A DNA stretch of 64,000 bases, taken from the NCBI GenBank assembly GCA_018971305.1, contig JAGXBC010000003.1, positions 156,325 through 220,324 of the forward strand, given 5' to 3'. The stretch comes from Patescibacteria group bacterium. GTDB taxonomy: Bacteria > Patescibacteriota > Minisyncoccia > UBA6257 > 2-01-FULL-56-20. Of the stretch, positions 1-9,644 are shown piece by piece. The position numbers and the translations under genes are program-made. The notes under the pieces were generated by a model. The model ran no database searches, was not told the DNA's origin, and saw only the letters and a list, made by a program, of their open reading frames with translations. How positions within the stretch are numbered: the stretch's first letter is position 1; the number at the start of each line of letters is the position of its first letter.

Positions 1-95
1 AATGTGGAATCGACAGGTTTCTCAAAGTGGAAAGCCATAGTTCCCTCGGCTATTTCCTCGCGGAGTTTAAGTTTTATATTATAGCTATTAGCCAT
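1..95 (-). CDS. FAD/NAD(P)-binding oxidoreductase (ferredoxin-NADP reductase-like), N-terminal part, runs off the window
   Basis: Manual translation from ATG at 95: MANSYNIKLKLREEIAEGTMAFHFEKPVDST, typical FNR-like start (EIAEGTMAFHFEKP). TATAAT lies 7 nt upstream. Not in ORF track. Confidence 0.65.
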   Translation of the reverse strand, partial: MANSYNIKLKLREEIAEGTMAFHFEKPVDST

Positions 96-201
96 CAGAT
101 TTATTATAATACAATAAAATTTTGTTTATTGAAAATAATAGCGATAAGAAAGATTTAATCCTACTTGTAGGATTCGTAGGAATTTACTATAATTACTGAA
201 C

Positions 202-1041
202 ATGTCAACGGAAGATGTAAATAGGCCTAAGGCTGATGGAACAATAATCAACGTTTCTGGTCTAATAAAAAAATTCGGAGAATTTACGGCGGTCGACAAT
301 ATTTCTTTTAGCGTGAAACGCGGGGAGATTTTTGCTTTTCTCGGACCGAATGGCGCGGGAAAATCGACAACTATCAAGATGCTTACAACCCTTTTACATC
401 CTACGAGCGGGGAGATTACTCTTGACGGCCATAATCCAGTCATCGATTCTTCCGCAGTGCGGCGTTCTTTTGGCATCGTTTTTCAGGATCCAAGCTTGGA
501 TGATGAACTTACGGCTTGGGAAAATATGGAATTTCATGGAGTGCTTTATGGTGTGGAAAAATTATTGCGCCGTAAACGCATAGAAGAGCTTATGAAGTTC
601 GTGGAGCTATGGGACAGGCGCGACAGCTTGGTTAAAGAATTTTCCGGAGGTATGAAGCGGAGACTCGAGATTGCCCGCGGCTTATTGCATCATCCGAAAG
701 TTATGTTTTTGGACGAACCGACGCTGGGTCTTGATCCGCAGACGCGTAACCATATGTGGAATTATTTGAAGGAGCTGAACAAAAGCGAAGGTGTTACCGT
801 ATTTTTCACGACACATTACATGGAAGAAGCAGACCGTGTTGCCCAGAGAATCGCGATAATTGATCACGGCAAAATAGTTGCCTCCGGTTCATCCACCGAA
901 CTCAAGGAACGCACGGGTAAGTCTTCTCTGGAAGAGGCGTTTCTTGAACTTACGGGTAAAACAATACGCGAAGAAGAAGCCGGCTCGATTGACCATCTGC
1001 GTTCGATGAGGCGCATGTGGCGCGGCGGCGGTAAAAAATAA
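202..1041 (+). CDS. ABC transporter ATP-binding protein (DrrA/NodI-like)
   Basis: Walker A GPNGAGKS, signature FSGGMKRR, Walker B MFLDEPT, H-loop TTHY. Confidence 0.95.
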   Translation: MSTEDVNRPKADGTIINVSGLIKKFGEFTAVDNISFSVKRGEIFAFLGPNGAGKSTTIKMLTTLLHPTSGEITLDGHNPVIDSSAVRRSFGIVFQDPSLDDELTAWENMEFHGVLYGVEKLLRRKRIEELMKFVELWDRRDSLVKEFSGGMKRRLEIARGLLHHPKVMFLDEPTLGLDPQTRNHMWNYLKELNKSEGVTVFFTTHYMEEADRVAQRIAIIDHGKIVASGSSTELKERTGKSSLEEAFLELTGKTIREEEAGSIDHLRSMRRMWRGGGKK

Positions 1042-1046
1042 ATAAC

Positions 1047-1793
1047 ATGAAAACAATTTATATTTTGTGGCTTCGGCAGATAAAGAGATATCTGCGTTCG
1101 CGTTCGCGTATTGTGGGCTCTTTGGGCCAGCCGCTTTTATTCCTTCTCGCCCTTGGCTATGGACTTGGTTCTACTTTCAAAGCGGCTGGGGAGGGGAATT
1201 ATTTTACATTCCTCGCGCCGGGAGTTATCGGCATGAGTATAATCTTCACTGCGATATTCTCCGGCATTGAACTTATCTGGGACAGGCAATTCGGGTTTCT
1301 GAAAGAAACGATGGTTGCGCCGGTTTCGCGACTGAATATTATGGTAGGTAGAACCCTAGGAGGCGCGACAGTAGCCACCATGCAGGGGTTGATAGTATTT
1401 TTTATCACGCTCTTCTTCGGATTCCGTCCGGAGAATTGGGCGCTATTGCCGGTCCTTATAATTTTTATGCTTCTCGTCGCGCTTCTCTTTACCGCATTAG
1501 GGACCGCTATAGCTTCAGTCCTGGAAGACATGCAAGGATTCCAACTAATTATGAATTTCCTTGTAATGCCGTTATTTTTCCTTTCGGGAGCATTATTCCC
1601 CATAGAAAATCTGCCATCTGTGCTTACCGTCCTTGTGGGAATCGACCCTCTTTCTTACGGCATAGATTCATTCCGCTCTATCTTATCCGGAACGGCTAGC
1701 TTCGGTCTTGGATTGGATCTTTCCGTACTCGTAATAGTAACGCTTTTCTGCCTCGGCCTCGGCAGCTACCTTTTTTCGAGAATCGAGGTTTAA
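1047..1793 (+). CDS. ABC-2 type transporter permease
   Basis: About six hydrophobic segments, DRQFGFLKE and FLSGALFP motifs; follows the ATPase. Confidence 0.93.
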   Translation: MKTIYILWLRQIKRYLRSRSRIVGSLGQPLLFLLALGYGLGSTFKAAGEGNYFTFLAPGVIGMSIIFTAIFSGIELIWDRQFGFLKETMVAPVSRLNIMVGRTLGGATVATMQGLIVFFITLFFGFRPENWALLPVLIIFMLLVALLFTALGTAIASVLEDMQGFQLIMNFLVMPLFFLSGALFPIENLPSVLTVLVGIDPLSYGIDSFRSILSGTASFGLGLDLSVLVIVTLFCLGLGSYLFSRIEV

Positions 1794-1827
1794 TAGATAA
1801 GTAAATTTATTTATAATAGATATATAC

Positions 1828-2577
1828 ATGTCCAAATATTACAACCCTCAGAAAACGAGAAATCTTTTTGACCCGAAGGCGATACAGCAATTCGTAGTCA
1901 GCCGTTCGGGGATAGATCTTTTCGTGCAATGCCAGAGATGTTTTTATCTCGATAAGCGCTTGGGTGTCGCCCGGCCGCCGGGATATCCTTTTAGTTTAAA
2001 CAGCGCGGTGGACGCGCTTTTGAAAAAAGAATTTGACGCCCACCGGGCCAAGGGCTCAACGCATCCTTTGATGAAAAAATACGGCGTTGACGCCATTCCT
2101 TACGCGCACGATCAGCTTGATGCCTGGCGCGATTCCTTGCGCCGCGGAATACAATATTTTTATGAGCCGGCTAATTTAACGATTCGCGGCGGCGTAGACG
2201 ACGTTTGGGTGAACCCGCAAGGAGAACTGCATATCGCGGATTATAAAGCCACGTCCAAGAACGGCGAGGTTTCGCTGGATGCCGAGTGGCAGGACGGTTA
2301 CAAGCGGCAAATGGAAATCTACCAATGGCTTTTTCGTCATAATGGGTTCAAGGTTTCCAATATCGGCTATTTTGTTTATTGCAACGGCAATACGGACAAA
2401 GAAGCGTTCGATGCCAGGCTTGAATTTGATATAAAAGTCATTCCGTACAGCGGGAACGATGACTGGGTTGAGGAAACAGTAAAAAATCTCCATAAATGCC
2501 TTATGTCCGATGAATTACCGGAAAAAAGTATTGATTGCGATTATTGCGCGTATCGTGAAAGTGCTGCTAGGTTTTAA
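1828..2577 (+). CDS. PD-(D/E)XK nuclease family protein (RecB/Cas4-like, four Cys)
   Basis: SRS..LF..CQRCFY N-terminus, GGVDD, IADYKAT, QMEIY, C-terminal CDYC. Confidence 0.85.
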   Translation: MSKYYNPQKTRNLFDPKAIQQFVVSRSGIDLFVQCQRCFYLDKRLGVARPPGYPFSLNSAVDALLKKEFDAHRAKGSTHPLMKKYGVDAIPYAHDQLDAWRDSLRRGIQYFYEPANLTIRGGVDDVWVNPQGELHIADYKATSKNGEVSLDAEWQDGYKRQMEIYQWLFRHNGFKVSNIGYFVYCNGNTDKEAFDARLEFDIKVIPYSGNDDWVEETVKNLHKCLMSDELPEKSIDCDYCAYRESAARF

Positions 2578-3425
2578 ACGCTTTTCGGTTTTTCTCCTTC
2601 CAGTTGTGTTTTTTTGAGTACCAAACGGCCGTCTTTCATCTCGGCCTCCAGTAACTTCAGGCGCTTGCCGTTTTGCGTGGTCCAAACACCGGGTTCGGGG
2701 TTAAGTGCCCGGATTTTTCGTTCTATCTCAATAGATATTTCGGAAGAATTTCCGGAAATAGCCGCCGCAAAGTCCTCGGTGGATATAAACGCGTCTTCGG
2801 TTTTGAATTTTTTTGTATATGTCGCATCGGTCTCGTTTTGCGTATGCGGCTTGATATCACAGTGCAAAAATTTTGGCAGGGTTTCCACGAGCATATCTCC
2901 GCCGAGTTCTGCGAGTTTCTGCAATAGTTTTGGAAATTGTAGGCCGGAAATTACTAATCCCAGTTCTTGTTTAACGAGAACTGGTCCGTGGTCCATTTTT
3001 TCGTCCAGCATATAGAGCGTGACGCCCGTCACCGTTTCGCCATTCAATATCGCTGTTTGGATTGGCGACGAACCGCGATATTTGGGCAGTAGCGACGGGT
3101 GAACACCGATAATGCCGCGCGGAAATAGTTCAATAACGGATTTGGGAATTATTTTGGCATAAGAGGCGACAATCGCGAAATCCGTCTTAAGATCCGAGAT
3201 CTGCGACCTGAAACCCTCATCCAATTTTTCTGGCTGTAAAATTTTAATGTTCTGTGTTCTATGTTCTATGGCCAATGTCTTTACCGGCGGGGGAGTTACA
3301 ATCTTTTTTCTGCCTACGGGCCTATCGCGATTGCAGACCACCGCGAGCGGCGACACATCTGCGCTAATTAATTTCCGCAGAATAATCCCGGAAAATTCCG
3401 GCGTTCCGAAAAAAACGTATTTCAT
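2574..3425 (-). CDS. fmt: Methionyl-tRNA formyltransferase
   Basis: FFGTPEF, HPSLLPKYRGSSPIQ, MDHGP, RALNPEPG; adjacent to def. Confidence 0.95.
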   Translation of the reverse strand: MKYVFFGTPEFSGIILRKLISADVSPLAVVCNRDRPVGRKKIVTPPPVKTLAIEHRTQNIKILQPEKLDEGFRSQISDLKTDFAIVASYAKIIPKSVIELFPRGIIGVHPSLLPKYRGSSPIQTAILNGETVTGVTLYMLDEKMDHGPVLVKQELGLVISGLQFPKLLQKLAELGGDMLVETLPKFLHCDIKPHTQNETDATYTKKFKTEDAFISTEDFAAAISGNSSEISIEIERKIRALNPEPGVWTTQNGKRLKLLEAEMKDGRLVLKKTQLEGEKPKSV

Positions 3426-3438
3426 CGGTTAGAATATT

Positions 3439-3987
3439 TTATTTATCGCTTTCTTCCTGCGTTTCCCAACGCTTAGAAGCATGCACGCGTTTTTCCGGAG
3501 ATATCTTGTTTATTTTTTTTGTTCTGTCTATGAATAGTTTTCCCTCCAAATGGTCCATCTCATGCTGGAAAACCCGCGCCAAAAGCCCCCAGGCCTTTAT
3601 TTTAACCGGCTTACCTTTTTTATCGTAGCCGCTAAGAGTGAGCTTTGATGGCCGCTCAACCTCGCCGTAAGTAAGGGGAACACTAAGACAGCCCTCTTCA
3701 AAACCGATCTTTTCTTCGCCGAATTTTTCTATCTTAGGATTAAAAACGGCGTAGAATTTGTTCCCGCCCTTGGGATTGGGAACCTCGGCAACAAAAACCT
3801 TATGGGTCAGCCCTATTTGATTGGCGGACAAGCCGATACCGTTCGCCTCGCGCATGGCCTTCCGCATATCGGCAACCAGATCGTTTATCTCCTTAGAGCT
3901 GAATTTTTTGAAATCAAAATCCTGGGTTTTATGCCGCAAGAATTTCTCGTCTTTTTTGTTTTCTATCGTAACAATTTTGTATTCCAT
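3439..3987 (-). CDS. def: Peptide deformylase
   Basis: GIGLSANQIG, EGCLS, QHEMDHLEG motifs. Start moved to MEYKIV (3987) to avoid overlap with the upstream ORF. Confidence 0.96.
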   Translation of the reverse strand: MEYKIVTIENKKDEKFLRHKTQDFDFKKFSSKEINDLVADMRKAMREANGIGLSANQIGLTHKVFVAEVPNPKGGNKFYAVFNPKIEKFGEEKIGFEEGCLSVPLTYGEVERPSKLTLSGYDKKGKPVKIKAWGLLARVFQHEMDHLEGKLFIDRTKKINKISPEKRVHASKRWETQEESDK

Positions 3988-3994
3988 GGATGGT

Positions 3995-4240
3995 TTATTT
4001 TTTATAAATTGACATAAAGTAAGCCCCTTTGTTTTTAACATTTTTCTTCTCGGCAACTTCTTTTGCCAGTCGTAGAAGCTTTTCGGTGTCGCCGTTTTTG
4101 GCCAATTTTATGTATAAAGATTTATGTTTGTCGTCGTTCAATATCTCCGCAATACTCAAGCCAACCAGCTGATATTTTTTGTAGACTTTCGATTCCTTGC
4201 CGCGCTTCTTCAGCTCGGTAAGGTATTTGGCAGTTTGCAT
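3995..4240 (-). CDS. Small basic hypothetical protein
   Basis: 81-aa ORF heading the def-fmt unit; TAGAAT lies 7 nt before ATG; C-terminal NKGAYFM. Confidence 0.75.
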   Translation of the reverse strand: MQTAKYLTELKKRGKESKVYKKYQLVGLSIAEILNDDKHKSLYIKLAKNGDTEKLLRLAKEVAEKKNVKNKGAYFMSIYKK

Positions 4241-4315
4241 TAGTGGTATTCTACCTCTTTCTACTCACATTTTCCAGCGGCTTGGTAGTGTTATAATTAT
4301 TGAGAATCAACAAAA

Positions 4316-5845
4316 ATGACACTCCTAATCAAGAACGTTAAAATTTTGGGTTCAGCGGAAAAATTCTCCGGCGCTAAAGATGTTTTCGTGAGCGGAGATA
4401 AAATTTCCGCTATCGGCAATTTTTCCAATAAAACCGCCGATGATGTGTTTGAAGGCAAGGGTGCCTATCTAAGCCCGGGATTTATTGATGTGAACACCGA
4501 CTCCGATCATTATTTGAGTATTCTAAACTATCCCGAGCAGTCGGATTTTCTTGAACAAGGCGTTACCACTATCATTGGGGGCATGTGCGGATCATCTTTG
4601 GCCCCTCTTATTTACGGAAGCCTGGAATCGGTGCGAAAATGGGGAGACATTCGTAAAGTTAACGTCAATTGGCATACTATGGGGGAATTTCTTGATGTAC
4701 TGCAGCGTAAAAAATTGGCTGTTAATTTCGCTACTCTTATAGGCCACGCTACCATCCGACGAGCCATTGTCGGTGAGTCGCTCCGCGATCTTACAAAAAA
4801 CGAACTAAAAATTTTTGGAGAAACTTTAAAACGCGGCTTAAGCGACGGGGGATTCGGATTCTCTACCGGCCTCGGATATGTTCACGGCGCAAAAGTGCCT
4901 TACGCCGAAATAAAATTTTTGGCAGAAATAACAAAAAGCTTCAACGGTGTTTATGCCACTCATTTGCGTGGTGGCGAGTCCAATATATATGAAGCAACGG
5001 AAGAAGCGATAAAAATCGCGGAGGGAACCGGCGTGAAGACGCTTATCAGCCACTTCATGCCGTTCCAAGGCACGAAATCTTTTTATGAAAAATCCCTTAA
5101 AAGAATAGAAGGTTTGCCGAATAAATTAGATTTGCATTTTGATGTCTACCCTTACGACACGAGCCTTCTCGCGCTTTACACTTTTCTACCGCAATGGGCG
5201 CAAAACGGCGGCAATGAAAAAATGCTTAGGAATATAAACGATGAGTGGTTGGGGCCAAAAATAAAAAATGATTTTCCGGAGCTGGATGCGGAAAACTTTA
5301 TTGTGGCCCGAGCTCCGGGAAATAGCTCGCTTGTGGGCAAAACACTTGAAGATATTTCCGAAATATACGGCGTATCCGATCAAGCGTCAGCGCTTATGCA
5401 GTTAATGCTCACCACGAAACTTAAAGCAGTCGTGCTCTATAAAAATATTAATAACAAACTCATAAGGCGGGCAATTGGCAGCTCTAGATCTTTTATTGCT
5501 TCTAATTCTCCCAGCTTATCGGAAACGGAATCGGTAGGCACCTTGAAACCGGAACGGACGAGGTCAACATTCACGAAATTTATAGGGCTGGCTTTATCGG
5601 AAAAACTTCTATCTTTAGATAAGATTATTCAAAAGATAACCTCCGAACCGGCGGCCAAATTTAACTTGCGTAATAGAGGCGTAGTCAAAGAAGGTAATTT
5701 CGCCGACCTCGCTGTCTGGAGTTATTCACAGGGCGATGAGAAGGCCGAGCTAAAACTTACGGTTGTAAATGGCGATATTGCCTTTAAGAAAGGGGAGGCT
5801 GTCAAAAAATTTTCTGGTCAACCACTCAGACACATGTCCAGCTAA
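4316..5845 (+). CDS. Amidohydrolase-superfamily protein, N-acyl-D-amino-acid deacylase-like (active site degenerate)
   Basis: PGFID, QGVTT..GGMCGSSLAP, GFSTGL.Y, ATHLR, ITSEPA..F.L..RG.V.EG..ADL. Confidence 0.85.
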   Translation: MTLLIKNVKILGSAEKFSGAKDVFVSGDKISAIGNFSNKTADDVFEGKGAYLSPGFIDVNTDSDHYLSILNYPEQSDFLEQGVTTIIGGMCGSSLAPLIYGSLESVRKWGDIRKVNVNWHTMGEFLDVLQRKKLAVNFATLIGHATIRRAIVGESLRDLTKNELKIFGETLKRGLSDGGFGFSTGLGYVHGAKVPYAEIKFLAEITKSFNGVYATHLRGGESNIYEATEEAIKIAEGTGVKTLISHFMPFQGTKSFYEKSLKRIEGLPNKLDLHFDVYPYDTSLLALYTFLPQWAQNGGNEKMLRNINDEWLGPKIKNDFPELDAENFIVARAPGNSSLVGKTLEDISEIYGVSDQASALMQLMLTTKLKAVVLYKNINNKLIRRAIGSSRSFIASNSPSLSETESVGTLKPERTRSTFTKFIGLALSEKLLSLDKIIQKITSEPAAKFNLRNRGVVKEGNFADLAVWSYSQGDEKAELKLTVVNGDIAFKKGEAVKKFSGQPLRHMSS

Positions 5846-5846
5846 A

Positions 5847-6953
5847 ATGTTCCGTTCAAAAAAAACAGGGCATCGCCCAGATTATTTCCTTTTTGCGCTG
5901 ATAATAATTTTTGTTGTTTTCGGGTTAGTAATGCTTGCGAGCGCTTCTTCTAATCTTGGCCAGACAAAATTCAACGACTCTTATTATTATCTTAAACACC
6001 AAATTTATTTCGGACTTTCGTTGGGGTTAATCGGTTTTTGTTTAGGATATTTTATATATTATCAGCGGCTTAAAAAAATCGCCCTTCCGCTGTTGCTTAT
6101 AAGTATTGCCGCTTTGGCTTTGGTGTTTACTAAATTAGGTCTGGAGGTAAATAACACCAATCGTTGGTTGCGTTTGGGTCCATTGAGTTTTCAGCCTGCA
6201 GAATTGGTAAAACTTACGTTTATACTTTACCTTGCTGCTTGGCTTAGCAATACAAAAATGAACCGCTCCAAAGATATCGGTGAGGGTTTTCTGCCATTCC
6301 TTTTGATGTCCGGCTTTATCGCAACCCTGCTTGTGTTGCAGCCGGCAACAAGCACGGTTGCGATCCTCTTGGTCACCGCCCTTATTGTATATCTTTTAAG
6401 CGGAGCTAAAATAAAATATGTAGTGGCAGTGATCCTTTTGGGTGCGATAGGGTTCGGGGTGGTAACCTACATCACTCCTTACCGCAGGGCAAGAATTTTG
6501 GGATTTTTGAATATGGGTCAGGATACGCAGGGCCAAAATTATCATATTAACCAAGCCCTGATTGCCATAGGCTCCGGAGGATTATGGGGTGTCGGTTACG
6601 GTCAGTCAGCTACAAAAACGAGCTATCTTCCGGCTCCGATAGACGATTCTATATTCGCGGTAATCGGAGAGGAGCTTGGTTTCGTGGGCGCCGGAAGTCT
6701 CGCCGCTGCATTCGGTATTTTCGCTTTCAGGATGTTTTGGCTGGCAAAAGGATTGCGCGATCAATTCGGAAAATTCCTGCTTATAGGGTTCGGGGCGATT
6801 ATTGCCCTGCAGGCGTTCGTGAATATGGGAGCGATTTCCGGTTTGATACCGCTTACGGGTGTGCCGCTGCCTTTCATTAGTTATGGAGGCACGGCGCTCG
6901 CAGTCTTTTTGACGATGGCCGGAATATCGCTTAATGTTTCCAAATACGCTTAA
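5847..6953 (+). CDS. ftsW: SEDS peptidoglycan glycosyltransferase FtsW
   Basis: RWL..G.LSFQPAEL.K, GGLWGVG, GEELGF, TGVPLPFISYGG; upstream of murG. Start set at MFRSKK. Confidence 0.93.
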   Translation: MFRSKKTGHRPDYFLFALIIIFVVFGLVMLASASSNLGQTKFNDSYYYLKHQIYFGLSLGLIGFCLGYFIYYQRLKKIALPLLLISIAALALVFTKLGLEVNNTNRWLRLGPLSFQPAELVKLTFILYLAAWLSNTKMNRSKDIGEGFLPFLLMSGFIATLLVLQPATSTVAILLVTALIVYLLSGAKIKYVVAVILLGAIGFGVVTYITPYRRARILGFLNMGQDTQGQNYHINQALIAIGSGGLWGVGYGQSATKTSYLPAPIDDSIFAVIGEELGFVGAGSLAAAFGIFAFRMFWLAKGLRDQFGKFLLIGFGAIIALQAFVNMGAISGLIPLTGVPLPFISYGGTALAVFLTMAGISLNVSKYA

Positions 6954-6959
6954 AATATT

Positions 6960-8105
6960 ATGGAATACACAAGAAAAATTTTATTTACCGGCGGGGGAAG
7001 CGGGGGACACGTCTATCCTCTTTTGGCGGTCTCGCAAAAATTGAAAGTACTAATAGAAAACGAACACAGAAGCGCCGAATTTTTTTATATGGGTCCGAAG
7101 GACGAATACGCCGAGATCCTCCGAACGGCAGATTTTAAAATCACCCCAATTTTTTCCGGAAAATTACGGCGCTATTCTTCCCTGGACAACATAACGGACA
7201 TTCCAAAATTCGGCATAGGGCTGATACAATCATTCGTTAAAATATTTTCCATAATGCCCGACGTCGTTTTTTCCAAAGGCGGAACCGGTGCCCTGCCGGT
7301 TGTTATAGCGGCCTGGTTTTATGGGATACCGGTAATTATCCATGAATCTGACGCTGCTCCCGGGCTTACCAATCTTTTATCCGCCCCTTTCGCCGTGAGA
7401 ATAGCAGTAAGCTTTCAATGCGTAATGCCTTATTTTAATCGCCGTAAGGTCGCCTGGATAGGAACTCCCATCAGAGAAGAACTGCTTAGTGAAAACCCCT
7501 CAGCCTCTTTTGCTAAAAAAGATTTGGGTTTTGATATGCAGGAACCATTAACTTTAATTATCGGCGGCTCGCAGGGTTCGGCGAGGATCAACGAATTTAT
7601 TGTGGAGAATTTGGCAGGCCTTCTGGCCGAAACTCAAATTTTACACCAAACTGGCCAGGCTAATTATGCGGATGTGGCGAACTTGTCGCGCGCCGTGCTT
7701 ACGGAGGTTGCCAAAACAGCAGGCGGGAAAGAACGATATCGTGCTATTCCTTATTTAGATGTAACAACAGAGAGATCTGCATTTTCCGCAGCCGACCTTG
7801 TTGTAGCCCGCGCCGGCAGCGGCACTATCGCGGACATCTCCGCTTTCTCAAAGCCATCTATCCTTATTCCACTCAGAGAATCGGCGAACGACCATCAGCG
7901 GATCAATGCTTATGAGTTTGCTAAAACCGGCGCGGCGATAGTTATTGAGGAGAGCAATCTTTTGCCGGGAATATTTTTGAATCAGTTGAAATCACTTATC
8001 CATAAGCAAGATACTCTTGTTAAAATGGCAACAGCTTCGGGTGCTATGTTTAAGAAGGATGCGGCGGAAACTATCGCGCAAGAGATATTAAAGCTTTCGG
8101 CCTGA
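6960..8105 (+). CDS. murG: UDP-GlcNAc:lipid I glycosyltransferase
   Basis: TGGGSGGHVYP, HESD, GGSQG, RAGSGT, HQRINA. Confidence 0.96.
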   Translation: MEYTRKILFTGGGSGGHVYPLLAVSQKLKVLIENEHRSAEFFYMGPKDEYAEILRTADFKITPIFSGKLRRYSSLDNITDIPKFGIGLIQSFVKIFSIMPDVVFSKGGTGALPVVIAAWFYGIPVIIHESDAAPGLTNLLSAPFAVRIAVSFQCVMPYFNRRKVAWIGTPIREELLSENPSASFAKKDLGFDMQEPLTLIIGGSQGSARINEFIVENLAGLLAETQILHQTGQANYADVANLSRAVLTEVAKTAGGKERYRAIPYLDVTTERSAFSAADLVVARAGSGTIADISAFSKPSILIPLRESANDHQRINAYEFAKTGAAIVIEESNLLPGIFLNQLKSLIHKQDTLVKMATASGAMFKKDAAETIAQEILKLSA

Positions 8106-8164
8106 GAGGCAAATATTTTTAAAAGTAATAGAAATTTGGCATTTTTAGTGATAAACTGTAAAGG

Positions 8165-9640
8165 ATGCCAAAAGTTAAAGAATTGATTCGCGTACGTTTG
8201 GCGCCAAGCCCAACCGGACGCCTGCATATAGGCACGGCGAGAATCGCGCTAGTCAACTGGCTTTTTGCGCGCCAACATAACGGCACGTTCGTTTTGCGCA
8301 TTGAGGACACCGACAAAGAACGCTCCAAAAAAGAATATGAAGAAGATCTTTTCTTGGGATTGCGATGGTTGGGCCTTGAGTGGGACGAAGGTCCGGCTTT
8401 GGCAACGAACGATAAGAAGAGATCGGCCGTCGAGTCGACATGCGGTCCTTATCGGCAGAGTGAACGAACAGAAATTTATGAAAAATATTTAAACCGGCTT
8501 TTAGACGAAGGTAAGGCCTATTACTGTTATTGCACGAAAGAAGATTTGGAAGCGGAGAAGCAGGCCATGCTTGCTCAGGGCTTACCCCCGAAATACGGCG
8601 GTCATTGCCGTAACATTAATCAACAGCCTGCCGGAAAGGAGCCGCAAGTTATCAGATTTAAAACACCAGAAGGGAAAATAGAATTCAAGGATCTTATTAG
8701 GGGCAATATGGCTTTTGATGGCTCGCTTTTCGGAGATATTGTTATTGCCAAGGATCTAAAAACCTCTCTATATAATTTCGCAGCTACGGTTGATGACGAA
8801 GAAATGCATATAAGCCATGTCATCAGAGGTGAAGACCATTTATCCAATACTCCGAAGCAAATACTTATCCAGAAAGCTTTGGGGTTTAAGGAGCCCGAAT
8901 ATGGCCATCTGCCGCTCATCTTAAACCCGGACCGAAGCAAGATGTCTAAGAGATTTGCCGACACCGCGCTTTCAGAATATATATCTCGGGGTTATCTGCC
9001 GGAGGCAATCGTAAACTTTCTTGCGCTTCTAGGCTGGCACCCGAAAGACGAACGTGAAATATTTTCCCTAAAAGACCTTGTTAAGGAATTTGATTTCAAG
9101 AGAATCCAAAAGGCCGGAGCTGTTTTCAACCAGGACAAGCTGGATTGGCTGCAAAAAGAATACATGAAAAATTTGAGTACCGAGGAAATAACAGACCAGC
9201 TTATGGAAATTCTAAAAAATAAAAATGTTTCAACCGATAAAGATTTTCTAAAAAAAATAATCGAGATAGAACGTCCACGCCTCACAACCCTGAACGAGTT
9301 TTATAGTGTGGCCGGATTTTTCTTCCGTTTGCCGGAATATGATGCGAAGCTTCTTGTTTGGAGGGAAACAGAGAATATAGAAAAAATAAAAAATATTCTT
9401 AATCTGTCTACGGCAATAATAAAATCTTCAAAAAATATAGACCGCGCGACCCTAGCCGCTTCTTTTGCCGAACTTATAAATAAAGAAGGCAGGGGATCGG
9501 TACTTTGGCCCTTGAGAGTGGCGCTTTCTGGGCAAGCGGCTTCGCCCGATCCATTAGAGATAATTGAAGCTTTGGGGAAAGAAGAATCCGAAAGAAGAAT
9601 AAAAATGGCCATAACAAAACTTGAGGGGAACCTCCTTTAG
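8165..9640 (+). CDS. gltX: Glutamate--tRNA ligase
   Basis: RLAPSPTGRLHIG, LRIEDTD, HVIRGEDH, KMSKR. Confidence 0.97.
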   Translation: MPKVKELIRVRLAPSPTGRLHIGTARIALVNWLFARQHNGTFVLRIEDTDKERSKKEYEEDLFLGLRWLGLEWDEGPALATNDKKRSAVESTCGPYRQSERTEIYEKYLNRLLDEGKAYYCYCTKEDLEAEKQAMLAQGLPPKYGGHCRNINQQPAGKEPQVIRFKTPEGKIEFKDLIRGNMAFDGSLFGDIVIAKDLKTSLYNFAATVDDEEMHISHVIRGEDHLSNTPKQILIQKALGFKEPEYGHLPLILNPDRSKMSKRFADTALSEYISRGYLPEAIVNFLALLGWHPKDEREIFSLKDLVKEFDFKRIQKAGAVFNQDKLDWLQKEYMKNLSTEEITDQLMEILKNKNVSTDKDFLKKIIEIERPRLTTLNEFYSVAGFFFRLPEYDAKLLVWRETENIEKIKNILNLSTAIIKSSKNIDRATLAASFAELINKEGRGSVLWPLRVALSGQAASPDPLEIIEALGKEESERRIKMAITKLEGNLL

Positions 9641-9644
9641 TTTA

